Source of the DNA: Octopus vulgaris
Taxonomy: Eukaryota
Direction of reading: 5' to 3'
NCBI GenBank assembly: GCA_951406725.2
Contig: OX597817.1
Coordinates: 36,766,001-36,830,000 of the forward strand
Length of the DNA: 64,000 nucleotides
This document shows positions 1-12,325 of the stretch, in pieces. Position numbers and translations under genes: made by a program. Each line of letters begins with the position of its first letter. Positions within the stretch are counted from its first letter, which is position 1. The notes under the pieces are model-generated. The model did no database searches. It had not been told where the DNA came from and saw nothing but the letters and a program-made list of their open reading frames with translations.

Positions 1-940
1 GTTGCTATTTCCCTCAACGAAGAACACTACGTTGATGTTACAAATTAGTCAAGGAGAAAATTTTCTTTCGTCGCGTGTATGTATGTTTGTGCGTATGTTT
101 TATTTATCTACATCGATAAGTGCCTTCATTCTAACAACAGTGTATTGTAATAGCAATAAAAATGATGTACAATACCATGATACACCTAGTCAACCTCTAT
201 ATATTGGCTCAATTGTTGCCATGCAAATAGCAATAAAATTGTGAGTTTTTATTGTTATTACTCACAACTTGTGTATATGAACGACTTTTCTATCTACATG
301 AAAAATCAGCTTTTTAGCGTTTTAAAATTGCATCACACACAAGTAGAGCTTTCTTCAATGTTATGCACATCTTAGCTCTGTTACAATAACCCATATAGTA
401 ATATTTGGTTTCTAGTCTACTATAATATCTAATGAAGAGAATTTTACCCTAGTTTCTTAGTTGTGTAGTGTCCTTCTTCTCCAACTTTATGCTACAGAGT
501 TAACTTTAACCTTTATCGTATACTAAACAACATACATACATTATAACAAAATTAAATTGTTAAGCATACTGTTTAGAACTACAAAAGAAAGAATTCAATA
601 GCAATGATTGAAACATATGAAGAAAGGGAACGGTCGCTGTATGGAATGTACGAGATGGCTAATGACATTACTTCATGATGAGGTCAACGGGTCAACTTTA
701 AGCAGATAAAGAAACGAGAACCAGGTCAAACATAATGGAATTGTCCATGTATTCAGACGCGAAGGAAATATCACAAATACACTTGGAATGATTGGTTGTT
801 ATAGTCACTCCAATATCTCTTGATATATACAAAAACAAACACAAAGAATGTAAAATAAAAAGAAAATATGGAGGCCTATCTATTATTGAGTAGACAACGA
901 TGGATTTGTTTTCCCTTCGTGGCAACAGCATAATAGCTTG

Positions 941-943
<3 letters not shown>

Positions 944-1034
<91 letters not shown>

Positions 1035-1049
1035 GAGAGAGAGAGAGAC
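944..1049. repeat. (TA)n then (GA)n microsatellite
   Basis: Direct reading. Confidence 0.95.
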
Positions 1050-4024
1050 ATTCACACATGTGTATATGAGTGTTCAAGTATGCGTGGTTATTTATGTGTG
1101 TTAGGAATAAGTGAAGATATATCAGTGCACGTATGCATTTGTGTAAACATATTTATGTATTTATATTTGTGTGCTCGTATCTGTATGCATGTGTATGTGG
1201 TTGTGTGCATGTATGTACGTGTGTACGTGCGTGTGTGTACGTGCGTGTACGTTTGGCTCTTGTGCGCGAGAGTGTGCGTATGTGTGTCAAAGTTACTGAT
1301 AACAAAGTAACGCTTTCTATGATTTACGTAAAAGGCAGTTTAATCAATGTTCTGTATCCAAAACAGCAAACAATAAAGCCCAGAAGGAAATGAAGAAAAA
1401 ATCGCAAAATAAATTAACAGCTATAACAAAAACTCATACGTCTAAAACCAACAACAATAATAAAAATTGTATCAATATCATCAGAACTAACAACAAAATG
1501 TAAATGTTAACAACTAAATACACTAAAACAGACGCAAAAAAAAACTGCAAAAAACAATATCTGCATTAACAGACATAACAACCAAAATAAATAAAAATAT
1601 AAAAGCAAAGCACTAATAATGAGAATTAAAGTAAACGTAACATCAGGCAGGAAAAATAATAATAAACACAACAAATGCAAACCTCAAACCAAAAATGATT
1701 AAAAGGAAACTAAGCGCCAATACAAAACAAAAAATAATGACCAACAGAAAACTATAAGAAAAGGTTGCAAAGGGAAAAAAAAAGCAAACAAACTAAAAAC
1801 AATGTCGGAAACGTGGGAATACACGCATCATGTATCACTCAGATAAATTGGACAGAAGAAATACTTTTAGGGTAATCTCCATAGACGATAACAGCTTCTT
1901 TAAGTCGACGAAGTAGTGGGTAGAGCGGTGGTGGGTAGTAGAATGTTTGAGTAAGATAGCAAGATACCATACAGTTTTCCGGGTGGTACACACTGGAGAG
2001 AAAGTAACCAGTTACCTGAGTTTGTGTAGCTACAGTGGTAACCACGGGTAAGATTCGTTTCTTAACGCAGACACTAGTCACAAGAGTTCTACTCTAATGG
2101 GAATCGATGAAGGAGTTTCTGGGCGAGCAATCAACCTACTATCAATGACTGTGAAATCGCCATCAACTCGCTTCCAAATACCTTTAAAAGGGATATACCA
2201 GATAAGTTGATCCTGTAGTCACTGGGAAAATGGAATAGAAACCTCGGGAAATTCGATCACAATAAGCATTGATCTTAAGTTAAGAAGCTATAATTGCAAC
2301 AGCAGCAGCCCTACTTGTTCAGCTTCTCGCATAGTCCGACCCCATGAATATATATACTGGTACTCCGTCGCTCAAAGATAGCCTTTCCTATGAATATATC
2401 ATAAGATATATCATATGAATATATCATAAGATATCATAAGATTTTCTTTGAGCCAGATTGACATTTCTCCACTCAGCCAATCTCACTTTTCTGCGCCGTT
2501 GGTGTTTAACCCAGAGAAAGTCTGCTGACTTAGACCGACACATCTTCGCACGAGAGTCAATGCAGCCATTGTTGAATGAATGTAAAGAACCCGAATAGAT
2601 ACTTTAAGGTATCTGTTCCGACAGCATGAGCAGTTCCGACAACCCGTCGCACTGAACTGTCACATCATTTTCATCTCCGAAAGGATAACAGACAAAAATT
2701 AATGTTGGCTGAATTTGAACTCTTTAAGTGTACGTTGCACTCGTATGAGGTATTGTATCTAGAATGCAAGGCTTAGAAGCATTTCATTCGTCCTTACGCT
2801 CTGTGTTCAAATTCCGTCGAAGTCGACTTTGCCTTACATACTTCTAGGGTCAGTAAAATAAGTACCAATAGATGTACTTAACATACGACCTACCAGAACT
2901 AACTGGTTTTGTGCCAAAATGTGAAACCAATATTAAAAAGCTCAAAGGCGACGAGATGGCAGAATATTTTTCGCGTCGAAAAAAATGCTTAGCAGCATTT
3001 CCACTGTTATGCCGGGACTCACAAACGAAACCCCGACGCTATGTTGCAATATTCCTTTCCCCCTGCTCTCGAAATTTGTGAAATAGATCTTTAGGGAATT
3101 CTAGTTGAGCAAATACGAGGAAGAAATAAAGCTACACGGCAGGTTTGTCCAATTGAGTTGAATGGCGTTCACTTCCGTATTCTAAAAGGAGCAGAAGGGC
3201 ATCGAATGAACAGTCTTCTGTACAGCTAATCCATAAAGTCTATTGTGATACGAAATTCTGGAATATACTTGCATTGAGAAGCATACGTATATAAAGTATA
3301 TACAAACATCGAGAAAATTCTATTAATTAATAGTTTATTCAGTCATACATTGCGTCACCTTTACTTCAGATATCGGAACTATGTAGCTGATATTCAACAA
3401 AGTAAATTCACATGGACTGTTGCACAGAAAGATGTCTTCTTTTGCAAACTGATGTCCACATCATAATACTTGCATAATGTTGACATGAATAAAGAGAGAA
3501 ACTGAGGTAACCATGGATAAATAATTAACAGCTTGGTGACATTATTCCTCGATACTTGGAAAATTAAAATCGGGGCCACAATCGCAATGTCATAATTTGT
3601 CTCTTGTACTTTGGAGAATAATTGAAATAATATTAGTCGTTGATCTAATGTCTTTTCATCATTACATAATTATTACTAATAAAAGTTTTGATGTCTCCAT
3701 TACATGAAAAACGTCAACATTAACTTAACTATAAACTACTCAATGAGCATTATCATATAGCAATGGGATATTGAAGCGTATACATTTATTGCAAACTCTG
3801 TTGAGCTGTTGAAAACTGTGTCTTTGTATTCATTTTAGAATACAAATCTCCAAACAATATCATTTGTAAATCAGTTTCAGTTGGGTCTTCGATTGAATTA
3901 TGGTATTATAGAATAAAATAAGATGCTTCTTCTGAAGAAGATACCGCAAGTGAAAGGTGTCAAACTTTTCAACCAATCTCTTCTCCAAACTTGGTAAGTC
4001 TGGAGTCTGACCAGATAGGAGGTG

Positions 4025-4027
<3 letters not shown>

Positions 4028-4117
<90 letters not shown>
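4028..4117. repeat. (TA)n(TG)n compound microsatellite
   Basis: Direct reading. Confidence 0.95.
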
Positions 4118-4118
<1 letters not shown>

Positions 4119-4319
4119 ATGACCGCGTGTGTATCGTTGGCGATTTTCTTTCACCGTCTTCCCTTCTTTGGACCTTTCCTTTTTCTATGTTTCTGACGAA
4201 GAGCTCCGCTCGAAACGTTAAATCCTCCTTTTTTCTTTCTTTTACTGAGCGTCCACTAACATTATACTTGTTCCACGTCCTCGCGTTGTTGTATTTTTTC
4301 TTTGTTCATGTTGGATTAA

Positions 4320-4321
<2 letters not shown>
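4119..4321 (+). mobile_element. Short hammerhead-bearing element, family H1 (Penelope-like/retrozyme terminus)
   Basis: Lies between (TG)n and (TA)n; homologous to 16381-16517 and related to 20808-20971 and 49540-49721; contains a hammerhead core. Confidence 0.65.
4189..4223 (+). ncRNA. Minimal hammerhead ribozyme motif
   Basis: UUU-CUGACGA(4193-4199)-A-GAGC/UCC/GCUC-GAAA-C-GUU^AAA; palindromic stem III ACGU; short stem I; extra A after A9. Confidence 0.6.
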
Positions 4322-4523
<202 letters not shown>

Positions 4524-5419
4524 ATTAGGATTAGGTAGGGCTATATATACACGTATATATAGATTATTAAGGTGGCTATTCGCAGTCTACAACCGAAAGG
4601 CAACAAGTATTGTTGTCGTTAAAATGACGGAGGGCGCTAGTCAGCACCGCCATTGCTAGAAACAAGAGTCAAAACAACTCTTGTCCGCATGAGTGCATTT
4701 TCCTAACGAATGACAAGGAATATGTCTAGCGGATAAATAGACAAGGGTAAATTAGCTATTTTTCTGTAGATTAAGAAAATGAAGATTGGTCTTAATTGAT
4801 TGTCGACTGGGTTTTCACCATAGGTGCCTACATGAATTTGACCATTGCCAGTGAAACAAGCAGTAAGACTATTTATACCTCTAGCGATTCTAATTGTTAT
4901 ATAGGACTGGAGAAACTAACCTGCCTACCGTAAGTATTAACGCTTATTTTATATCAAGAGCCTCGCAACACAAGGGTCTCAGTCCATACAGTATCAAGGT
5001 ATAATATAATATAATTTATGTGTCATCGGATAGTTTGATGAAGGTGAGCAATCCGAAATTTCGAAGTCACATTCAACATTCTCAGCGTAAAAATAATAAA
5101 GATATACGGTATTCATTCACTTGAATGTTATTTATCAATAAATGTGTACGCTTAATCCTTCGATATTTAATAATTCCTACTAATTAAGACTCAAGGTCAG
5201 ATCCAAGGTCAATCGATACCGTAGGCCCTGATACTTGACTGCTACGTTATTTTATCGAGCTCGAAAAGTTAAACGGCAAAATATATTTCGGTCGGGTTTG
5301 AATTCAGAACGTAGAGATGAAACGAACGACACAAAGCATTGCTTCTGACGCTCTAACGATTCTACCAATCCTTCGCTATTCTACAGATTTTTGCTCGCCT
5401 CCTCAGTTCCTTCACATCT

Positions 5420-5466
5420 TACTACTACTACTACTACTACTACTGCTGCTGCTGCTACTACTGCTG

Positions 5467-5517
<51 letters not shown>

Positions 5518-5531
5518 ATACCATGCTGCTG

Positions 5532-5576
<45 letters not shown>

Positions 5577-5585
5577 TTACTACTA
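5420..5585. repeat. (CTA)n/(CTG)n trinucleotide tract
   Basis: Direct reading; source of the poly-L/T/Y/S/V ORFs. Confidence 0.95.
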
Positions 5586-5865
5586 TTGCAGTTGCGCCTG
5601 CTGTTGTTATCTTTTGCCGCCACTGTTGACTACCAATATTCCGTTCGCTAAATCTACGGTCATTGCGGATTCCTGTAGTGCAAAAGATTAAAGATTTTAC
5701 GTGACCATCAAATTTGATAATGAACGCCCATATACTTGGAGGAATACGGATCTGATTCTAGTCGGGTACATTTTGTTACATATTTAGTTATATCCGTTTA
5801 GTCGATAAAACAATGCAAATACCTTCGTCAAAAATAAGGCTACAGTAAAAAAAATTTACATTAAA

Positions 5866-6120
5866 AAGGCGGCGAGCTGGCAGAAACGTTAGCATACCGG
5901 GCGAAATGCTTAGCGGTATTTCATCTGCCGCTACGTTCTGAGTTCAGATTCAGCCGAGGTCGACTTTGCCTTTCATCCTTTCGGGGTCGATAAATTAAGA
6001 ACCAGCTACGCACTGGGGTCGATGTAATCGACTTAATCCCTTTGTCTGTCCTTGTTTGTCCCCTCTATGTTTAGCCCCCTCTATGTTCAGCCCCTTGTTG
6101 GCAATAAAGAAATAAGAAAT
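5866..6120 (+). mobile_element. SINE family B
   Basis: Head aaggcggcgagctggcagaaacg (A-box-like), gagttcagattc (B-box-like), core gactttgcctttcatcctttcggggtcgataaa, tail aataaagaaataagaa; near-TSD aaataagg(c/t)tacagt at 5832 and 6117. Confidence 0.9.
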
Positions 6121-6795
6121 AAGGTTACAGTGAACTGTGAATATTACACCAGTTAGTCTTCTATGACGCGTGTGCAGGGTACACCTTATTTCGGGTCGAT
6201 GGCATTCAATTATTCCATATAGAAATATGTTATTTTTATGACCAGAAACGACGATGTCAAATGGCGATGGAGTCTCTGCTTTAGTCGTTCAAAGTCCTGG
6301 AAATGACATGAAATTTCTGTCAAACATGCCCGATACTTCCTCAGTGAAGACAAATATATTAGACAATGTAATTTCCAGTTTAGAAAAAATATGGGATGTG
6401 TAGGAGAAAAACACCTTGCTTTATATGTTGGCTTGGTCCGAAAGTCGAAAGCACAATAATCAAGCCTAAATGGTGTTTGGTATTTGAATGTCTTGAATAT
6501 AAAATAGCGAAATTACGCTAAGACAGTTGAATATTCAAGGCGGTGCTTAGCAGTTTGTGACATCCTACCGCATACTGTTCAAAACTAAATAACCACAGAA
6601 AACGAAGATAACAACAGCGATGATCACGATATGTTTAGGAAAAGATCGTACGTCTCTGATTGAAAGAGCAATCGAAATAAACCAAACAATGAAAAACAAT
6701 TAAAATATAGTGGTAAAAATGAAACAGATTTAACAAAGGATAAAAGAAACAAAAACAATATATATATATACATATGTGTATTTTTAATTACCTTA

Positions 6796-6842
<47 letters not shown>

Positions 6843-6845
<3 letters not shown>

Positions 6846-7205
6846 GTAGGAGTGGCTGTTTGGTAAGTAGCTTGCTTACCAACCACAGAGTTCCGGGTTC
6901 AGTCCCACTGCGTGGCATCTTGGGCAAGTGTCTTCTGTTATAGCCTCGGGTCAACCAAAACCATGCGATCGGATTTGGTAGACGGAAACTGAAAGAAGCT
7001 CGTCGTCTATATGTTTGTGTGTCGCTTGACAACCGATGCTGGTGTGTTTACGCCCCTGTAACTTAGCGGTTCGGCAAAAAAGACCGTTAGAATAAGTACT
7101 AGGCTTACAAAGAATAAGTCCAGGGGTCAATTTCCTCGACTAAAGGCACTGCTCCAGCATGGCCACAGTTACATGATTGAAACAAGTAAAAGAGTAAAGA
7201 GAGTA
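6843..7205 (+). mobile_element. SINE family A (tRNA head, CORE-like cttgggcaagtg, LINE-like tail)
   Basis: A box tggctgtttggt, B box ggttcagtcc, tail ending gaaacaagtaaaagagta; matches about 14 other copies in the window. Confidence 0.9.
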
Positions 7206-7225
7206 TATATATATATACATATATT

Positions 7226-7461
7226 GGTACAGGACGTCACAAAACGTAAACAACATGAAATACGAAGTCAAATTTGGGTATGCAAACAACATGAGATACA
7301 AATGGAAAACAAGATAAGTAACATAAAGAACGACCCTTCATCACTTGTCGGGTGTCTATCCACTCCTCATTTCGAGCATTTAAATTTCATGTTGCTTTCG
7401 TCGTTTCGTATTGCATGCTGTTTTCGTATTTCATTTTGTTTGTTTTCTGACGCCCTGTACC
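7226..7461. mobile_element. Foldback element with imperfect inverted termini in TA-rich context
   Basis: ggtacaggacgtcacaaaacgtaaacaacatgaaatacgaa ... ttcgtatttcattttgtttgttttctgacgccctgtacc; shares gtacaggac with 60767. Confidence 0.6.
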
Positions 7462-7836
7462 CATATATGCATATATATTACATATATATGTATGTATGTA
7501 CATATATGTATGTATATATGCATATATATATGTTTTTATATTATATATACACACACATATATATGTATTTAGAGGTACGTACATAGCTATAGGCATGTAG
7601 ATATATGTATATATACAAGCACATACATATAGATATGAATGTGTTTAAAGTGATATGGAATATTTTCTAGATCTTATCCAAGTGTTTTTGCTGTCTTAAT
7701 TATGTTTATATATATATATATATATGTATGTATCTGCCCTTCCTGACATTGGTGTTATATTTACGGTTGCTTGTAACGGCAGTAGAGGTGATAAATGTTC
7801 GTACGGGTGCTTTTCCTCCTCCTCCTCCTCCTCCTC

Positions 7837-7880
<44 letters not shown>

Positions 7881-8495
7881 GGTATACCGATATTAGTTGT
7901 AACGGTGTTGGTGCTCCTTTTGGTGTAGTGAATTTGGGTTTTATGTTTCCTAAACTCAGAGCGTAAAGAGTTAGAGTTTTAATGGTGACATCAGTACATA
8001 TTCACACATATGGATACACTAAACAGACATAAACATTACATGCAACGCATACGGTTGTGCACACATAAAAACATACAAGTAAGCACACATATATGAATTG
8101 TATTTACACTATGCACGAACGCACCTAATATTTTTGGAAATAGTATACTTTGTGTACACAAATCCATGGGGATCAGTGGATAATTTTTTCTGTTCTACTT
8201 TTACTTCTTAAAGAATTTTACGACCTAATTTTATGAGAAATTTTCTACCTGTCACTTTTTTTTTCTCCAAGAAGCTATATTCCTTTTTATTAATGCTAAT
8301 CTACAGCACTTCAATAATATTCTGTAGTCGTAAAAATACGCTTTTATCGTTTACCATCTCTCGTTACCATCTGAATACATATCCTTCAATTTAATCAAAG
8401 AATACTTCTATTTAACCGCCCATCTTCCATTACCTATCTATCTATCTATATATCTATCTATCTATCTATCTATATATATATATTTATATATATAT

Positions 8496-8983
8496 ATGGT
8501 CCGTGTGTGGTTTCCGCTTCATCGGGGAATTACCTCCCTTTGCAGCCCTGTCCCTAGCCATATTCAGATGGCTTTAGTCCCTTATGTTATCGAGCAGTTA
8601 CTGTCTATATCCCTATTAGAGAATTATTATTGCTTTCGAACAGATTTTCGAAATCAGCAAATGTATTTTGCTTGAAAATCTATATAAGAAAATCCTGCAA
8701 AGTGAGAATTCGTCGAGGAAGCGGAGGCCTACCACACGCCGATGATAGGCAATACACCTTGAAACCATGGTCCGTGTGTGGTTTCCGCTTCATCGGGGAA
8801 TTACCTCCCTTTGCAGGTTTAGGGCACCGTGACGGTGTCGAGCCTTTCTGGTGACGTCGATGTTCGCCTGGGGCTAAATGCAACAGTAACACCCCCACCA
8901 CCCTGCCCTGTCCCTAGCCATATTCAGATGGCTTTAGTCCCTTATGTTATCGAGCAGTTACTGTCTATATCCCTATAGAGAAT

Positions 8984-8989
<6 letters not shown>
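8496..8989 (+). mobile_element. (TA)n-embedded element with partial tandem terminal repeat (pLTR-like) and hammerhead
   Basis: 8496-8630 repeats 8767-8989 minus 8817-8905; (TA)n on both sides; hammerhead motif at 8733-8778. Confidence 0.7.
8733..8778 (+). ncRNA. Hammerhead ribozyme motif (variant core)
   Basis: CACACG-CCGAUGA-U-AGG/caauaca/CCU-U-GAAA-CCAUGG-UC^CGUGUG; 6-bp stem I continuing into a long imperfect helix 8695-8817; U4C deviation. Confidence 0.6.
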
Positions 8990-9036
<47 letters not shown>

Positions 9037-9329
9037 CCTCTCTGTTTATCTGTCTATCTATATGGTGCTTTTACACCTCTGACGTAGGAGAATTTTCTCC
9101 CCACAGTAAATGCTGCAGTGAATTTGCCTTTAGAAGTTAAAATATGTCACGAACATAACTTCGTTTATTCCTGTTCACTGCTTGGCACTGATGCTTCTGT
9201 TTCTATTCTGATAAGGTAGTCCACCAGTGCAACTCAGTTACTGATGAACATCATTATTAGTTAAACTTACGGGTTTGAATCTGCATAGGGTTATCTCTCT
9301 TCGGTATTTCCCTTCGAGAAATGCGCATC

Positions 9330-10121
9330 TGGTTAGTCGTTAGTGGAAAAGCAGTATGAATATATAGTGCTTTTACGGCATTACCATAAGAGAGAATTTT
9401 TCCTCCGCAGTAACCACAATGAATTTGCCTTTAGAATTTAAGATATGTTACAAACATATTTTAATTAACCTAGAATTAATCAAAATATGTTATCGGACAG
9501 CTGTTCAGTTGAGTTCATCTGATAAGTTTAAATTTTGGGAGGTACTTGGATTTCTGTTGAATAATAATTAGGTGTCGAAGCTTAGGTTCTGAGGAAAAGA
9601 TATCATGGAAGATTTCTATTGATCAAATTTGGATTTGTGTTATTTTCAGAATTCATCTATGCATGCAACTCTCTGTAATCCGGCGTATCATATATAGTTC
9701 TGCATCTAATGACAAAATAACCGTTTTGGTTAGTCGTTAGTGGAAAAGCAGTATGAATATATAGTGCTTTTACGGCATTACCATAAGAGAGAATTTTTCC
9801 TCCGCAGTAACCACAATGAATTTGCCTTTAGAATTTAAGATATGTTACAAACATTTTAATTAACCTAGAATTAATCAAAATATGTTATCGGACAGCTGTT
9901 CAGTTGAGTTCATCTGATAAGTTTAAATTTTGGGAGGTACTTGGATTTCTGTTGAATAATAATTAGGTGTCGAAGCTTAGGTTCTGAGGAAAAGATATCA
10001 TGGAAGATTTCTATTGATCAAATTTGGATTTGTGTTATTTTCAGAATTCATCTATGCATGCAACTCTCTGTAATCCGGCGTATCATATATAGTTCTGCAT
10101 CTAATGACAAAATAACCGTTT
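9330..10121. repeat. Tandem duplication of a 397/395-bp unit
   Basis: 9330-9726 and 9727-10121 appear identical apart from a 2-bp indel (acatatttt vs acatttt). Confidence 0.95.
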
Positions 10122-10396
10122 CACATACCTACATTCCTTTTGTCAATCTCTAAAAAAAGTACACGAAGTCCTGAAGCTGATATACCCAATTACATACACC
10201 TAATTACAAACATCTATTTGCATGAATTAAATCTAAACCATAACACTACTCCAAATTTATTCGATAAAAACCTTACATAATAGTTTTCCATCAGAATCTA
10301 CCCTTCAACGTAATTGTTATTGAACAGAACTCCAAATACTGCTGAAGAATTAGATTTATTATAAACTATATAAAGCCAAAATGATCTAGATATACT

Positions 10397-10436
10397 ATAA
10401 CCCGATGAAAGTTAAGCAGGGCGAAACTCCGAGTTC
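10397..10436 (+). ncRNA. Degenerate hammerhead-like motif
   Basis: CCGAUGA...CGAAACUCCGAGUU, same stem III type as 61240; stems I and II eroded. Confidence 0.3.
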
Positions 10437-10575
10437 GCTGTCGACAATATTCTTCTTAAAGTGTGTGTATGTGTGTAAGTGTGCATATATTATTTGTTCA
10501 TATTTATCTATATGTATATAAATACAAAACTACAATGTCTCTTTTCATTTAGTCTGGTACATCTCATATATACAC

Positions 10576-10618
<43 letters not shown>

Positions 10619-11919
10619 TATAAGGTATGTTATGAGTATTTATGGAACACAATCCTATATAAACTCAACAAACACTTCAAAATGGAGAAGAGATGTGAAC
10701 ATTTTTATAAAATATTAATCCATGCATGCGATCGTTTCAAATGGTAACACCAACGTGTAAGAGACATGGAAGAAATTAAATTAATTATAATTATAATTAA
10801 ATTATATTAATTACATATTATCATTCTCCTCAGTGCAAAAAGGAAGAATACATCAGAAAAGTCGTAACAGAAGAAAATTTTGTTGTTACAAGAGACTACA
10901 TGCAGTCTGTGTCGCATAACTGATTCGGATATTCATAAAGTCATTGTGAAAGATGAAATAAAAACCTGCTTAGGTAGTGTTGAGTCTAGTTGTGTAAGAA
11001 CTAAAACTCTTTTTAGTTCTTACACAACTAGACTAAACTCTACCTAAGCATTTTTTTTATTAAATACTTAGCGATATTTCTTCCATATTTTCGTTCTGAT
11101 TTCAAATTCCGCTGAAGTGAACTTTGCCTTCCATCCTCTCGAATCCGACTAAATAAGTAATAGTCAAGCACTGGGGTCGATGGAATCTACTTGCCCCCTC
11201 TTACGAAATTTCAAGCCTTGTGCCTACAGCAGAAAGAATTATTTGTACTATGATTATACCTCCTATGTGCTTAGATTGTTATTTTTATTCATCGATAATA
11301 CTTTAAGACAGTAAATAACATAATATATGAGTGCAGGCCAATTTTGCGGATTCTAATTTTAAATATATATCTATTAGACAGTAAAACGCGTTAGGTTGCA
11401 CCATAGTTTTACGCTTTGTTCCCCAATCCGGTGTTTATTCTGAAATTTATTTCCGATTTTATACTTTACAGATATATTTTAAGATGAGATTTTTTTATCG
11501 GTTGTGATTGTATATCTAAGGTGGTATTCAAATTTAGCATACACACAATACTAAAATAAACAGAATTTTATGGGAATATCAATTGTGTAAGCTAAATAAA
11601 CATCACCATTTAGAATCGATTTATACATTTAATATATATATATAATAGGACTGTTATATTTACTATTTTATTTTTTACTATGTTTCTGAATAGTATAGTC
11701 TATAAAAAGTAACCGAAAATTTTATCGCACTTCTGTTATTGAGGTCAATAGTAAATGATACAGTTCATCTGTATTTCCTCAAAATGATGTGAAATTGTAT
11801 TTGTAACTAAATGTACGAGGAACCTTTCTGGCACTTAGTAAAAGACTGTACTTTTACTAAAGAAACGAAACAACGAAAAGTGAATATGACAACTTTTGCG
11901 TCCTTTGGTATACAATGAA

Positions 11920-12060
11920 GGGTCGTAGCTTAGTGTTAAGGGTATTCTGTTCACAATGGTAAAGGTCATGAGATTGATTTGCAGTGGCACATTGTGATCT
12001 TGAGCAAGACACCTTATTTCATGTTGCACAGTCCACTCAGCTGGTAAAAATGAGTATTAT
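11920..12060 (+). mobile_element. Degenerate SINE family D fragment
   Basis: cttgagcaagacaccttatttcatgttgcacagtccactcagctggtaaaaatgagta matches the reverse complement of 54480-54545. Confidence 0.6.
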
Positions 12061-12088
12061 TGGTATTTCAAAGGGCCATCTTTGCCAC

Positions 12089-12119
<31 letters not shown>

Positions 12120-12171
12120 CATACATACATACATACATACATACATGCATACATACATACATACATATACA

Positions 12172-12325
12172 CAACGGGCTTCTTTAAGTTTCCGCCTACC
12201 AAATTCTCTCACATGTTGGTTTGCCCGAGGTTGTAATAGAAGACACTTGCTGAAGGAGCCATGTAGTGAGACTGAAAACCGAACCATGTGGTTTGGAAGC
12301 AAGCTTCTTACCATAAAACCACTCG
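12172..12325 (-). mobile_element. SINE family A, 5' half
   Basis: Homology to other copies; abuts (ACAT)n at 12091-12165. Confidence 0.8.

Noticed and set aside
698-1393. ORFs rich in YI/CV/HT repeats here and at 3860-4378, 26084-27451, 29154-29956 and 60537-60827
   Set aside because: Translations of (TA)n, (TG)n and (GATA)n microsatellites.
3925-3965. ctgaagaag...gaaaggtgtc hammerhead-like string
   Set aside because: Stems II and III do not pair; the minus strand looks like an RTE-type LINE remnant (EKFDTFHLRYL).
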